Position numbers and translations under genes: made by a program. Below, in pieces: positions 11,483-23,339 of a stretch of 64,000 bases of DNA (position 1 is its first letter; the number at the start of each line of letters is the position of its first letter). Source of the DNA: Centroscyllium fabricii (lineage: Eukaryota). The notes beneath the pieces are model-generated. The model made no database searches and was not told where the DNA came from. It was given only the letters and a program-made list of their open reading frames with translations. The DNA lies in the NCBI GenBank assembly GCA_051313645.2, contig JBNRSN020000016.1, forward strand, positions 111,290,001 to 111,354,000. Direction: 5' to 3'.

Positions 11483-11686
11483 TAACTGGTTATCACCTCA
11501 TTAGCTCTACTGCCTGCACCTGATTGAACAGCCCAGATTAACCAGTGGTAATCAAGAGCTGTATATAAGCTCCTACTTTCCACCTAGAGGTTGCCAGATC
11601 GTTATTCTTTCTGACTGGGATACCTGTGTTTAGTTCCTAGCTCTCTGATCCTGTCTGTTCGAGATACTGACCTGCTTACTGGAAAT

Positions 11687-11900
11687 TTGGATTCTCTTCT
11701 GCTTGAACTCTGTTTTGGATTTGTCGCTCCCGTGGACGGACTACCCGGTATTATACTGTTTCTAAATTTAGATTCTCTTCTGCCTGAACTCTGTTTTGGA
11801 TTTGTCGCTCCCGTGGACGGACTACCCGGTATTATACTGTTTCTGAATTTGGATTCTCTCCTGCCTGAACTCTGTTTTGGACTTGTTGCCTCCGTGAACT
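11687..11900 (+). repeat. 81-bp tandem repeat (about 2.5 copies) in the G LTR; also at 19931-20140
   Basis: Unit TTGGATTCTCTTCTGC...TATACTGTTTCTRAAT repeated. Confidence 0.9.
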
Positions 11901-12032
11901 TTCTGCCGTTATTGACCTACTGTTTCCTATGTCTTTTACTGCTCAGAAATAAAGGAGTTTACTTCTACGTATGTTTTTGGTGTATTGCATTTGGGCCCAA
12001 CCTACAACCGTTACAGAACGATCTGGCCAGAA

Positions 12033-13001
12033 ATGGACCCAGCAGACACACCGGATCGTCTTGCACAGGTCGAGTGCACCCTAAGGCACCAGGGGCAGGC
12101 CTTGGGGAGGCTATTCACTCAATTGGATCAGCTAACCGCCGCCCTGATCCAACAGGCAGCTGAGGACGCGGAAGGGATCCCACCACCACCGGTTCTTGCT
12201 CCAGCATCGGTGTCGGCATCCATGCCTCACCCACAAGGCCTCACACCGGAACCCCGGGTCGGGGTCCCGGAGCGTTATGCCGGTGAACCTGAGGAATGCA
12301 ATCCCTTCCTCACAAACTGTTCCATTCTTTTTGCATTACAGCCCCACACCTTTGCCAATGAGGCGGCAAAGGTAGCCTTTGCTATTAACCACCTTACAGG
12401 AAGAGCTCGCCTCTGGGGAACCGCCGAGTGGGAGAGAGAGACTCTGGCTTGCTCTTCCTTCCAGATGTTCGCCATCGAATTAAGAAGGGTGTTCGGCATG
12501 GTGACCTACGGCTCTGAAGCAGCTCGGGGACTCATGAATCTGAGCCAGGGTAATCAGACAGTGGCCGACTATTCCATAGATTTCCGAATCAGAGCTCGTC
12601 AGAGTGATTGGAACTCTGCTGCATTATGTGACGTTTTTCTCCATGGGCTTGCAGAGTACATCAAGGATGAACTGGTCTCCTTTGATCTCCCTTCCACCCT
12701 GGATGAACTAATTAGTCTTGCCACCAGGATTGACCTCCGTATCCAGACGCGTCGACGTGAGAGACGACTGGGAACGACTGGCCGACCTCCTCCGAAACGG
12801 TCTCAAGAGATTTTCGTGGCACCCAGGTCTACTGCGACAGCAAGGTCACAGTCAGTGGAGCCCGAACCTATGCAGTTGGGTCGCACCAGCCTCTCATTGG
12901 AGGAGCATGAACGACGCCGCCAGGGGAATCTCTGTCTGTACTGTGGGCAGGCCGGCCATTTTGTTTCCCGATGCCCAGCAAAAGGTCGGGCTCACCAGTA
13001 G
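12033..13001 (+). CDS. gag: Gag of G (capsid plus CCHC knuckle; PEG10/RTL-like)
   Basis: [15 protein letters not shown]...EPMQLG...[14 protein letters not shown]. Confidence 0.93.
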   Translation: MDPADTPDRLAQVECTLRHQGQALGRLFTQLDQLTAALIQQAAEDAEGIPPPPVLAPASVSASMPHPQGLTPEPRVGVPERYAGEPEECNPFLTNCSILFALQPHTFANEAAKVAFAINHLTGRARLWGTAEWERETLACSSFQMFAIELRRVFGMVTYGSEAARGLMNLSQGNQTVADYSIDFRIRARQSDWNSAALCDVFLHGLAEYIKDELVSFDLPSTLDELISLATRIDLRIQTRRRERRLGTTGRPPPKRSQEIFVAPRSTATARSQSVEPEPMQLGRTSLSLEEHERRRQGNLCLYCGQAGHFVSRCPAKGRAHQ

Positions 13002-14188
13002 ATGGGGTCGTACTGGTGAGCCGAACTCCTACAAGACTCTCTTCCAATCCACGACCCTTGTGCCAGGCCAGACTTCTTCTTCCCAGTGGATCCCAGACTC
13101 TCGCCACCTTTATTGACTCTGGAGCCGACGTTAACATTATTGATGAGGATCTTGTCACACAGCTGGAGATTGACCGGGTTCCTCTGCCGCAGCCGGTTCC
13201 TGCCAACGCCCTCGACGGTCACCTCCTGGGAACGGTGACACATCAGACCTCACCGGTTCACATGCTTATGTCGGGTAATCATCATGAAAGTATTCAGTTT
13301 CATATCCTGAAATCACCTCGGCTTCCTTTGATTCTGGGACACACTTGGCTTCGCCGCCACAACCCCCACATTGACTGGAATACGGGAACTATTCTGGGGT
13401 GGAGTTCCTCCTGTCACCAGGTCTGTCTGAAACAGGCTACCGTCTCCCGACAGCCATTAACACCTCTTCCCGCTTCTGATCTTTCGGTGGTCCCCACTGA
13501 ATACCACGATTTTAGGGAGGTATTCAGCAAAGCTAGAGCCACGTCGCTGCCTCCACATCGCCCCTATGACTGCGTCATTGATCTGCTGCCAGGTTCTTCC
13601 CCACCCAAGGGACGCCTGTATTCCTTGTCTGCACCTGAGAGGGAAGCCATGGAAACGTACATCAGCGACTCTATGGCGGCGGGGATCATCCGTTCCTCTT
13701 CATCACCTGCTGGGGCTGGATTCTTTTTTGTTGGTAAGAAGGACGGGTCGCTGCGACCATGCATCGACTACAGGGGTCATAATGACATCACGATAAAGAA
13801 CCGGTATGCTCTTCCTCTCATCTTTTCTGCTTTTGAGTTGCTACAGGGGGCGATCATCTTTACTAAGCTGGACCTTCGTAACGCCTATCATCTGGTCCGG
13901 ATCCGAGAGGGCGATGAATGGAAGACTGCTTTCAACACTCCCTCTGGACATTATGAATACCTCGTAATGCCGTTCGGGTTAACCAACGCCCCGGCGGTAT
14001 TCCAAGTCTTGGTTAATGACGTATTAAGAGACATGCTGAACCGGTTTGTGTTCGTTTACATGGACGACATTTTAATCTTTTCTAAGTCTCGTGAGGAGCA
14101 TGTTCACCATGTCCAGACTGTCCTGCAACGGCTTCTCGAGAACTCGTTATTTGTGAAAGCGGAGAAGTGTGAGTTTCACATCATTACC

Positions 14189-17100
14189 TGTAAGGGATCG
14201 GTTTAGGACCCAAATGCAGAAACACCGGAAGTCCGTAAGCAGACACAAATCACCTTTATTCCCAAAACCAAAACCTATATATATATATATAACGATATCA
14301 TAAACCACAGTGCAATAACAATGAATGAAAATAGTCAATAATCCCGAGTGTCGGTAAAACAGCAGTTCCAAAGTCCAAACCCCTAATTCAGGTGGTTGTA
14401 GTAACAAGGCCCAAAGCCTGGTGCAGAGGTACTCCCAGTAATCCACAGTCCAGGGAAGGTGACTCCTTGTTCCGAGTACAGCAAGTAATCCAACTCGACA
14501 GAAAACTGGTAATCCAAAAACGACTTGAATAGAACTTAAATATAATATATCAAATAACAGGATACAGAACACTTCTCACTCTCTCAGTACCAGAAACAAA
14601 CGAACTGGCAAAGATCAGGTGTCGACTGGAGGCTAATAACCATCTCCAGCTAAATTGTATAATTGGAGCCAGCCAATCCAGTGAAGGACATGATAAATGA
14701 AGTCATAACTCAATAAACAGAAAGGAAACCCTTAGAAACTTAAAGGAACAGTCCAATAAACAGAAAGAAAAACCTCTATATACTTAAAGGAACAGTTCAC
14801 CCCATGACAGAACCCCCCCCTCAAGGGGGCGACTCCTGACGTCCCAAAGCCTCAAATGCCGGATCAGACGGGTAAAGAAGTGTGGAGGGGAACAAATAGT
14901 CCTCGAAGCACTCCTCTATGTCCGTCTCATAATCTGACTGAGAAGAATCCTCTTCGTCAGCAGATTCCCACTCATCATCAGGTTCCTCCTCCTTGGTCAG
15001 GCTCTCCTGTAACTGAATGGATCCGATGACTTGCCTAGATCCCTCAAGAGTCGAAGTCTCCTTGTCTGGCTGGTCGAGGTGGCTCAAATGAGAGTCGCTA
15101 ATGGGTTGCGTATCCCTTATATCGTGAGTAGGAAACGAGAGCTTCTCCGCTGGGCCATACTCCCTCTGCCCAACCTGTTTCTCAGGAGACCCAGAACGAC
15201 TATGGTTGGCAGCAGGCGGGTCTCGGTCCGCCGCGCGAAGGCCAGAAGTCTGAGCCCGTCTCAGACAGCCCTGGTGACAGGAAAGGTTCCAGCCCAAAAT
15301 ATCTCCTGTTTTCCAATCAATGTGCGGGTTGTGGCGACGAAGCCAAGCGTGTCCCAGAATCAACGGAATCTGTGGTGATCGTAAGATGTGGAACTGAATA
15401 CTCTCCTGATGATCTCCAGACATAAGCATCAGAACAGGTGAGGTCTGGTGTGTCACCGTTCCCAAGAGATGGCCATCAAGGGCATGGACAGGATACGGCT
15501 GTGGTAGTGGCTCCTGGTCAATCCCCAGTTGCGTGACCAAATCCTCATCAATTATATTAATGTCAGCTCCAGAGTCAATACATATGATGAGACTCTGGGA
15601 TCCCCTGGGGAGAAGAAATCTTGCTTGACACAAAGGTCGTGGGTTGGAAGAGAGGCCATCAGGTGTTCGGCTCATCATTACGACTCCATTGATAGGTGAG
15701 TGCGGTCCCTTATACCTCGCTGGCCGAAAACCGGTGCGGCCCAGCTGCATAGGCTCAGGACCCCCTGGCTCCGCCCCTGCAGTAACAGTATCTCTGGATG
15801 ACCCGAATCTTCCTTGAGTGCGACCCCATTGCATTGATTCGGGGCCCACTCGCTCTGACCTAGCTATCGCAGTCTCCCTGGGTGTCATGAATACATCTGG
15901 AGTTCGACTCGGAGGATGTCGACCAGACGTTCCCAGACGTGTCTCACGTCGACGCGCCTGGATGCGAAGATCGATCCGGGTGGTCAGATAAATGAGTTCA
16001 TCTAAGGTGGGGGGAAGGTCGTAGGAGACCAGGTCATCCTTGATATACTCGGACAGACCATGAATAAACACCTCCCGTAAAGCGGCCTGATTCCAATCAC
16101 TCCGACGAGCCCTGATACGAAAATTTATAGCGTAATCAGCCACCGTCTCATTTCCCTGGCACAGACTCATGAGTCCCTGAGCTGCTTCAGAGTCGAATCT
16201 CACCCTGCCAAACACCCTTCTCAATTCAGTGGAGAACGCCTCGAATGAAGAACAAGCCTGAGTATTTCTCTCCCACTCAGCGGTTCCCCAAAGCCGGGCT
16301 CTATCCGTGAGGTGATTAATAACGAAAGCTACTCTTGTTCTCTCATTGGCAAAGGTGTGGGGCTGCAACGAAAACAGTATGGAGCAGCTTGTGAGAAAAG
16401 GCTCACACTGCTCGGGATTACCGGCATACCGCTCTGGTACCCCGACACGGGGTTCGAGAGCGGAAGCTATTGGTTGAAGCATGGGTGCCAGTCCCCTCTC
16501 AGAATCCAGGAGAGATGGTGGCGAGGCCCCTGCCGAATCCGACGCTAACCGTAGATTCCAGGTGACAGTTAACTGCTCAATTTGAGAGCTATTCTTGGTA
16601 ATTAATTCTCCCAAGATCTGACCGAGGTGTGCTATGGTCTCCTCGATTTGTGTCAGGTGTCTCAGTGTCTCCGCTGGGTCCATATTGGCCAGTTCGTTCT
16701 GTAAGGGATCGGTTTAGGACCCAAATGCAGAAACACCGGAAGTCCGTAAGCAGACACAAATCACCTTTATTCCCAAAACCAAAACCTATATATATATATA
16801 TATAACGATATCATAAACCACAGTGCAATAACAATGAATGAAAATAGTCAATAATCCCGAGTGTCGGTAAAACAGCAGTTCCAAAGTCCAAACCCCTAAT
16901 TCAGGTGGTTGTAGTAACAAGGCCCAAAGCCTGGTGCAGAGGTACTCCCAGTAATCCACAGTCCAGGGAAGGTGACTCCTTGTTCCGAGTACAGCAAGTA
17001 ATCCAACTCGACAGAAAACTGGTAATCCAAAAACGACTTGAATAGAACTTAAATATAATATATCAAATAACAGGATACAGAACACTTCTCACTCTCTCAG

Positions 17101-17322
17101 TACCAGAAACAAACGAACTGGCAAAGATCAGGTGTCGACTGGAGGCTAATAACCATCTCCAGCTAAATTGTATAATTGGAGCCAGCCAATCCAGTGAAGG
17201 ACATGATAAATGAAGTCATAACTCAATAAACAGAAAGGAAACCCTTAGAAACTTAAAGGAACAGTCCAATAAACAGAAAGAAAAACCTCTATATACTTAA
17301 AGGAACAGTTCACCCCATGACA
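14189..17322 (-). mobile_element. Non-autonomous LTR element H encoding only Gag-protease, inserted into the RT of G
   Basis: LTRs 14189-14809 and 16700-17322 look identical apart from one TA unit; PPT at 14813-14823; flanks ATTACC/ACTACC. Confidence 0.93.
14821..16683 (-). CDS. Intact 620-aa Gag-protease fusion with an acidic tail; no CCHC, RT or integrase
   Basis: Homologous to G Gag; IDSGADIN protease in the same frame; ORF fills almost the whole internal region. Confidence 0.9.
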   Translation of the reverse strand: MDPAETLRHLTQIEETIAHLGQILGELITKNSSQIEQLTVTWNLRLASDSAGASPPSLLDSERGLAPMLQPIASALEPRVGVPERYAGNPEQCEPFLTSCSILFSLQPHTFANERTRVAFVINHLTDRARLWGTAEWERNTQACSSFEAFSTELRRVFGRVRFDSEAAQGLMSLCQGNETVADYAINFRIRARRSDWNQAALREVFIHGLSEYIKDDLVSYDLPPTLDELIYLTTRIDLRIQARRRETRLGTSGRHPPSRTPDVFMTPRETAIARSERVGPESMQWGRTQGRFGSSRDTVTAGAEPGGPEPMQLGRTGFRPARYKGPHSPINGVVMMSRTPDGLSSNPRPLCQARFLLPRGSQSLIICIDSGADINIIDEDLVTQLGIDQEPLPQPYPVHALDGHLLGTVTHQTSPVLMLMSGDHQESIQFHILRSPQIPLILGHAWLRRHNPHIDWKTGDILGWNLSCHQGCLRRAQTSGLRAADRDPPAANHSRSGSPEKQVGQREYGPAEKLSFPTHDIRDTQPISDSHLSHLDQPDKETSTLEGSRQVIGSIQLQESLTKEEEPDDEWESADEEDSSQSDYETDIEECFEDYLFPSTLLYPSDPAFEALGRQESPP

Positions 17323-20300
17323 ACTACCGTATCTTTCTTGGGGTACATCATTGCGCAGGGGAGCGTGCAGATGGATCCAGAGAAGGTGTCAGCTGTCGCG
17401 TCATGGCCTATTCCAGAGACACGTAAACAGCTACAGTGGTTTCTGGGATTCGCTAACTTCTATCAACGGTTCATTCGCGGCTACAGCACGGTAGCGGCCC
17501 CATTATCAGCCCTTACCTCCTCTAAGGTGCCGTTCCTGTGGTCTTCTGCAGCGGAAGAGGCTTTTCGAGGTCTCCGGTCCCGGTTAACCTCTGCTCCCAT
17601 TCTCCAGGTGCCTGATCCGGATTGGCAGTTCGTGGTAGAGGTGGACGCATCAGATGTTGGAGCAGGGGCTATTCTGTCCCAACATTCTGCTTCCGACCAA
17701 AAGCTACATCCCTGTGCCTATTTTTCCAAACGCCTGTCCTCGGCTGAGATGAATTATGACATCGGGAACTGGGAATTACTGGCGGTCAAGATGGCATTGG
17801 AGGAGTGGCGCCATTGGCTAGAGGGGACCAAGCTGCCGTTCCTAGTCTGGACAGACCATAAAAACCTTGAATACATTCGTACGGCCAAGAGGCTGAATTC
17901 ACGGCAGGCTAGGTGGTCCCTCTTCTTTACCCGTTTCAACTTCAACCTCTCCTACTGGCCTGGTTCTCGCAATGTCAAGCCTGATGCTCTGTCCCGCCAG
18001 TTCCAGAAGGAGGAGAGTTCCGCTCCTGGATCTGACCTCATCCTTCCAGCTCCTTGTCTGATTGCTGCTGTTACGTAGGAGATCGAGGAGAGGGTGAGAT
18101 CAGCCGTGGAAGATCAGGCTGGACCCAGCGGTTGTCCTCCCGACCGTCTATTCGTTCCCAAGAACCTTCGACCTGATGTTCTCCAGTGGACCCATGCTTC
18201 CAAGCTTTCCTGCCATCCGGGGGCTCAAAGGACCAAGGAGGTTATACTGCGGAGGTTCTGGTGGGATACTCTGGAAGAAGACACCCGGGAGTTTGTCAAC
18301 GCCTGCTCGGTCTGCAACCAACACAAGCCATCTCATCGGGCTCCCGCTGGTCTTCTGCAACCTCTGCCGGTACCACATCATCCTTGGTCCCACATATCCT
18401 TGGACTTTGTTACCGGTCTGCCCCCATCCAAGGGACTAACCACTATCCTGACAGTGGTGGACCGATTCAGCAAGATGGCCCATTTCATACCTCTGCCGAA
18501 ACTGCCCTCGGCGAAGGAGACGGCTGAACTTATGCTGCAACATGTTTTCCATCTTCATGGTCTTCCTGTCGACGTAGTCTCTGATCGGGGTCCACAGTTT
18601 ACGTCAGTATTCTGGAGGGAGTTCTGCAGTCTGATCGGGGCCACAGTCAGTCTGTCATCGGGTTTTCATCCGCAGTCCAACGGGCAGTCTGAACGTATGA
18701 ATCAGGAGATGGAGAAGGCTCTACGATGTATGGTCTCCCAGAATCCCTCTTCCTGGTCCCAGTTACTCCTGTGGGTAGAGTACGCTCACAACACCCTGAC
18801 CAGTTCCGCCACCGGACTCTCCCCGTTCCAGTGCGCCTATGGGTTCCAGCCCCCATTGTTTCCGGATCTGGAGAGGGAGGTTTCCTGTCCATCCGTCCAG
18901 TCATTTATTCATCGCTGTCGCCGGACATGGGACCAGGCACGGACTTCGTTGCTTCGCTCGGCGGACCGCTACTCGGCTGCTGCCAACCGTCGTCGCTCGG
19001 AGGCTCCTAAATATCAGGCTGGGCAGAAGGTGTGGTTCTCCACTAAGGACCTGCCCCTCCAGGTGGAGTCTAAGAAGCTAGCTCCCAGGTTTATCGGGCC
19101 CTTCGAGATCCAGAAGGTCATTAACCCAGCGGCAGTGAGACTCAAGCTTCCTCGATCCATGCGGGTTCATCCCACTTTTCATGTGTCGCGGGTCAAACCA
19201 GCATGAGAGAGTACTTTGGTGCCTGTTGCCACGCCCCCTCCGCCTCGTCGTATGCTCGACGGTGGGTTGGTCTACACTGTTCGTCGCCTACTTCGCTCCC
19301 GTCGTCGAGGGAGAGGACTTCAGTACCTGGTGGACTGGGAGGGGTATGGTCCAGAGGAGAGGTCCTGGGTTCCTGCTCGTCACATAGTTGATCCTCAGCT
19401 TATGGCCGACTTCCACAGAAGGCATCCCGACCAGCCGAGTAGGAGGACTGCGCCCCCTGGGGTGTCTGGGCAAGGGCCCAGTTCCGTGCATTCTCTTGAA
19501 ACCCTGAACGAGGAGGTGCAATCCTCTGATGAGGAGAATTCCCTTCATTCTGGTGATGAAATGGACGTGGATGAGGGTCCCGAGGAATATTAGTCCCTCC
19601 TCCACACCCCTCCGCCCACCCGACTCCGGCATTTGGGGTTTGGGACGTCGGGAGCTGTCCCTTGAGGGGGAGGTTCTGTCATAGGTTGGCTCTTCCCCTT
19701 TAACTCTTAGGTTGGCTCTTCCCCTTTAACTGGTTATCACCTCATTATCTCTACTGCCTGCACCTGATTGAACAGCCCAGATTAACCAGTGGTAATCAAG
19801 AGCTGTATATAAGCTCCTACTTTCCACCTAGAGGTTGCCAGATCATTATTCTTTCTGACTGGGATACCTGTGTTTAGTTCCTAGCTCTCTGATCCTGTCT
19901 GTTCGAGATACTGACCTGCTTACTGGAAATTTGGATTCTCTTCTGCTTGAACTCTGTTTTGGATTTGTCGCTCCCGTGGACGGACTACCCGGTATTATAC
20001 TGTTTCTGAATTTAGATTCTCTTCTGCCTGAACTCTGTTTTGGATTTGTCGCTCCCGTAGACGGACTACCCGGTATTATACTGTTTCTGAATTTGGATTC
20101 TCTCCTGCCTGAACTCTGTTTTGGACTTGTTGCCTCCGTGAACTTTCTGCCGTTATTGACCTACTGTTTCCTATGTCTTTTACTGCTCAGAAATAAAGGA
20201 GTTTACTTCTACGTATGTTTTTGGTGTATTGCATTTGGGCCCAACCTACAACCGTTACAATTATGATCGCTCTGACCCAAGGGGCCTCGTACAACAAGAT

Positions 20301-20742
20301 TGCTAATTAATCCTTTCTAATTACATAATACCCAGTCTAAGATGGCCTGATCTCTGGTTGATTCCTCGACATATTGTTCCAGAAAACCATCCCGTAAACA
20401 TTCTAGGAATTCCTCCTCCACAGTATTTGTACTAATTTGTTCAGCCCAATCTATATGTAGATTAAAGTCACCCATGATGACTGCTGTGCCCTTACTGCAT
20501 GCTTCTCTAATTTCCCTTTTAATGCCGTCCCCAACCTCCGTATTACTGTTTGGACGTCTATATACCACTCCCACTAACATTTTCGGCCCCTTGATATTTC
20601 TCAGTTCTACCCATACAGATTCCGCATCATCAGAGTTAATATCATTCCTTTCAATTGTGTTAATCCCCTCTTTAACCAGCAATGATACCCCACCTCCCTT
20701 TCTTTTTTGCCTATCCTTCCTAAATATTGAATAACCCTGGAT

Positions 20743-21704
20743 TGTAACCGGATTGGTGTAACGGAATGGGGGCGGGGCCCAAATGCAGAGACACTGAAAC
20801 GTCTTTTATAACAAAACTCCTTTATTACAAAACCCCATAGAATAGTATTAACATACAAATATATAGTACACATATTAAACACAAGTCTAACTAAAGACTG
20901 GCACAGAACTTCCCAAAATAGTGAGAAATGGATAGAGGGGTGCCACGCAACAAAGCGCGTCATTTTCCCTAGGAATATAAGTCCAGGCATCACTGTCCAA
21001 CTTAAACGAGTCTTCCTCTATAAGCACGACATCACAATCCAACTGCTTTAAGAGAAACGAACAAGTTCTCCTCTGCGAGTAGGACATCACAATACAACTC
21101 CCCGTAGAGGATTTGGGAACAGCTTCTGCATACCAGGTATCAAATGTCCAAACCTAGGTTCGGATGAAAATGAAACAAATGTCCAAGTAGTAGATTCAGA
21201 TCCACAAGCAGGGGAACGCCCTTACTCCACATATGAATTGTCCATGCCTGAGTTCCAGATAGCAGAGCGCACTGTCAAGGCAGAGTGATATGAGCTCCAC
21301 CCCAATGCCTCTCTTAAGCAACTCAGCCTGAGCTGCAGAAATAGCAGAGTCCAATGTCAAGGCTGAGGGATACGCACTCCAAACCCCATTGCCTCTGTCG
21401 GCAGCTCAGCACAGCAGCAGTAACCACTTCGTCCAGTGGCCTGTAGAATGTGTAATAGAAGTCCAGTTCATTAACAATGATCCCGCCCTGCTCTCATCAC
21501 TACCTCCAGCTTATCAACCAAAACCGGCCAACATATAATTTAGTGTTAGCCAATAAGCTGGAGGCAATGAGAACAGGAACACAACAGGCAATTGACAGAT
21601 AATAGAATAAATAATGAAATAACAGGGGAACCCAGTCCTCAAAACAGGTGTGAAACACAACAAAAACTGTTTTGAATTCTTAAAGGGACAGGCACCCTGT
21701 GACA
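20743..21704 (-). mobile_element. Solo LTR (sushi-type, 962 bp)
   Basis: TG...CA; 5-bp TSD TGGAT; CCCAAATGCAGA terminal motif shared with the H LTR and, as TGCATTTGGG, the G LTR. Confidence 0.88.
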
Positions 21705-23339
21705 TGGATGTTGAGTTCCCAGCCTTGGCCACCCTGGAGCCATGTTTCTGTAATCCCAATCAAACATATTCATTTACCTCTATTTGTTCGATCCGATGTT
21801 TGGCCCCTTGCGGTAACAGTCAGGGGCGCGCTCTCCCATTCGTCATCCGGCTGGCGGGTGCGTAGATTAGGGGGCCATACTGTGCTGCCTGCAGGTGCTG
21901 GGTGGGTATACCGTGGTTCTTGTCCCTCGTGGGGAGCGGCGTACCGTGGTGCTGGTGCCCCAAAGGTGGCGGTAGGCAGGGGGGGGGGGTGCGGGCTGAT
22001 GGGTTGTACTGGTCTTGGGGGCACCCGCTGGTGCCAGGTCCTTGATGGACACTGTATCCTCCCTCCCATCAGGATACGCCACGTAGGCGTACTGGGGGTT
22101 GGCGTGCAGGAGGTGGACCCGTTCGACCAGGGGGTCCGACTTATGGCCCCTCACGTGCTTCCGGAGCAGGACGGGTCCTGGGGATGATAGCCATGACGGC
22201 AGCGAGGTCCCTGAAGCCGACTTCCTAGGGAAGGCAAAAAGTCGCTCGTGAGGGATGGCGTTAGTGGCCGTACATAAAAGTGACCAAATGGAGTGGAGCG
22301 CTTCGGGGAGGACGTCCTGCCAGCGGGAGACTGGGAGGCCTTTAGACCGTAGGGCTAACAGGATGGCCTTCCAAACGGTGGCGTTCTCCCTCTCTACCTG
22401 TCCGTTCCCCCGGGGGTTATAGCTGGTAGTCCTGCTAGTAGCGATGCCCTTGGCTAGCAGAAACTGACGCAGCTCGTCACTCATAAAAGAGGCCCCCCGG
22501 TCGCTATGAATGCAGCTGGGGTAGCCGAACAGGGAGAAGATGCTGTGCAGTGCCCTGATGACCGTGGAGGAGGTCATGTCCGGGCATGGGATGGCGAAGG
22601 GGAAACGCGAGTACTCGTCAATGACGTTTAAAACGTACGCGTTGCAGTTGGAGGAGGGGAGGGGCCCTTTAAAGTCGACGCTGAGTCGCTCAAAGGGGCG
22701 GGTGGCCTTTATCAGGTGCGCCCGGTCTGGCTGAAAGAAGTGCGGCTTGCACTCCCCACAGACCTGGCAGTTCCTGGTCATGGTCTTGACCTCCTCGATG
22801 GAGTAGGGGAGGTTGCGGGACTTAATGAAATGGACCAACCTGGTGACCCCCGGGTGGCAGAGGTCGTTGTGCAGGGTCTGGAGACGGTCCACTTGTGCGC
22901 TGGCACATGTACCGCGGGACAGGGCATCTGGGGGCTCATTGAGTTTCCCGGGCCAGTACAAGATATCGTAATTGAAAGCAGAGAGCTCAATTCTCCACCT
23001 CAATATCTTGTCGTTCTTGATTTTACCCCGCTGTTTGTTGTTGAACATGAACGCGACTGAGCGTTGGTCAGTCAGTAGGGTAAATCGTTTGCCGGCCAGG
23101 CAGTGCTTCCAGTGTCGCACTGCTTCAACAATGGCCTGGGCCAGTGTTGGCCGTGAGCGCGCTAAATGAGCGCGCGTTCACGAGCGCGTTCACATTTTCG
23201 TGAACGCTGAACGAGCGCGCTCTTTCCCAGCAGCCTGAGCGAAAATGTGAGCGTCGCTCAGTCTGCAGGGTTTGAGCGGCGCTCTCGCGCTCGCGGTATG
23301 TGGAGTCTGAATCGCTGCTGCCTTCCGCGCCATCGGGAC

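Larger units (their letters stand above)
12971..19593 (+). pseudogene. pol: Pol of G (-1 frame relative to gag), split by H and with two in-frame stops
   Basis: IDSGA; MPFGL; YMDD; KCEFH|TTVSFLG across H; stops at 18076-18078 and 19204-19206; integrase SDRG and GPF; chromodomain [16 protein letters not shown]. Confidence 0.93.
11391..20259 (+). mobile_element. Full-length sushi-type chromovirus (Ty3/Gypsy) element G
   Basis: LTRs 11391-12015 and 19677-20259; 5-bp TSD ATTAT; PPT GAGGGGGAGG; gag-PR-RT-RNaseH-IN-chromodomain order. Confidence 0.97.
7932..21789 (-). mobile_element. CR1 LINE #2 (near-complete ORF2, decayed), host to five insertions
   Basis: TTCTATGT-type tail near 7935; RT motifs GVPQGS and KFADDT (8628-9221); endonuclease IMGDFN and LDWVLCN (20317-20682); colinear across the insertions. 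Confidence 0.9.

Noticed and set aside
11687-12163. Hydrophobic repeated ORF (also 19931-20266) as an env-like or accessory gene
   Set aside because: It is the translation of the 81-bp LTR tandem repeat and has no ATG start.
14147-14572. ORF duplicated at 16786-17085
   Set aside because: It lies in the H LTRs; the duplication reflects LTR identity and there is no recognisable domain.
12033-16683. Domesticated PEG10/RTL host gene
   Set aside because: Both Gag ORFs sit between near-identical LTRs with flanking duplications, so they are recent mobile elements.
7925-21792. GTTCGAT at both ends of CR1 #2 as a TSD
   Set aside because: The left copy is coding sequence of CR1 #1 and the right flank is Gypsy D, so the flanks are not one continuous target; treated as coincidence or microhomology.
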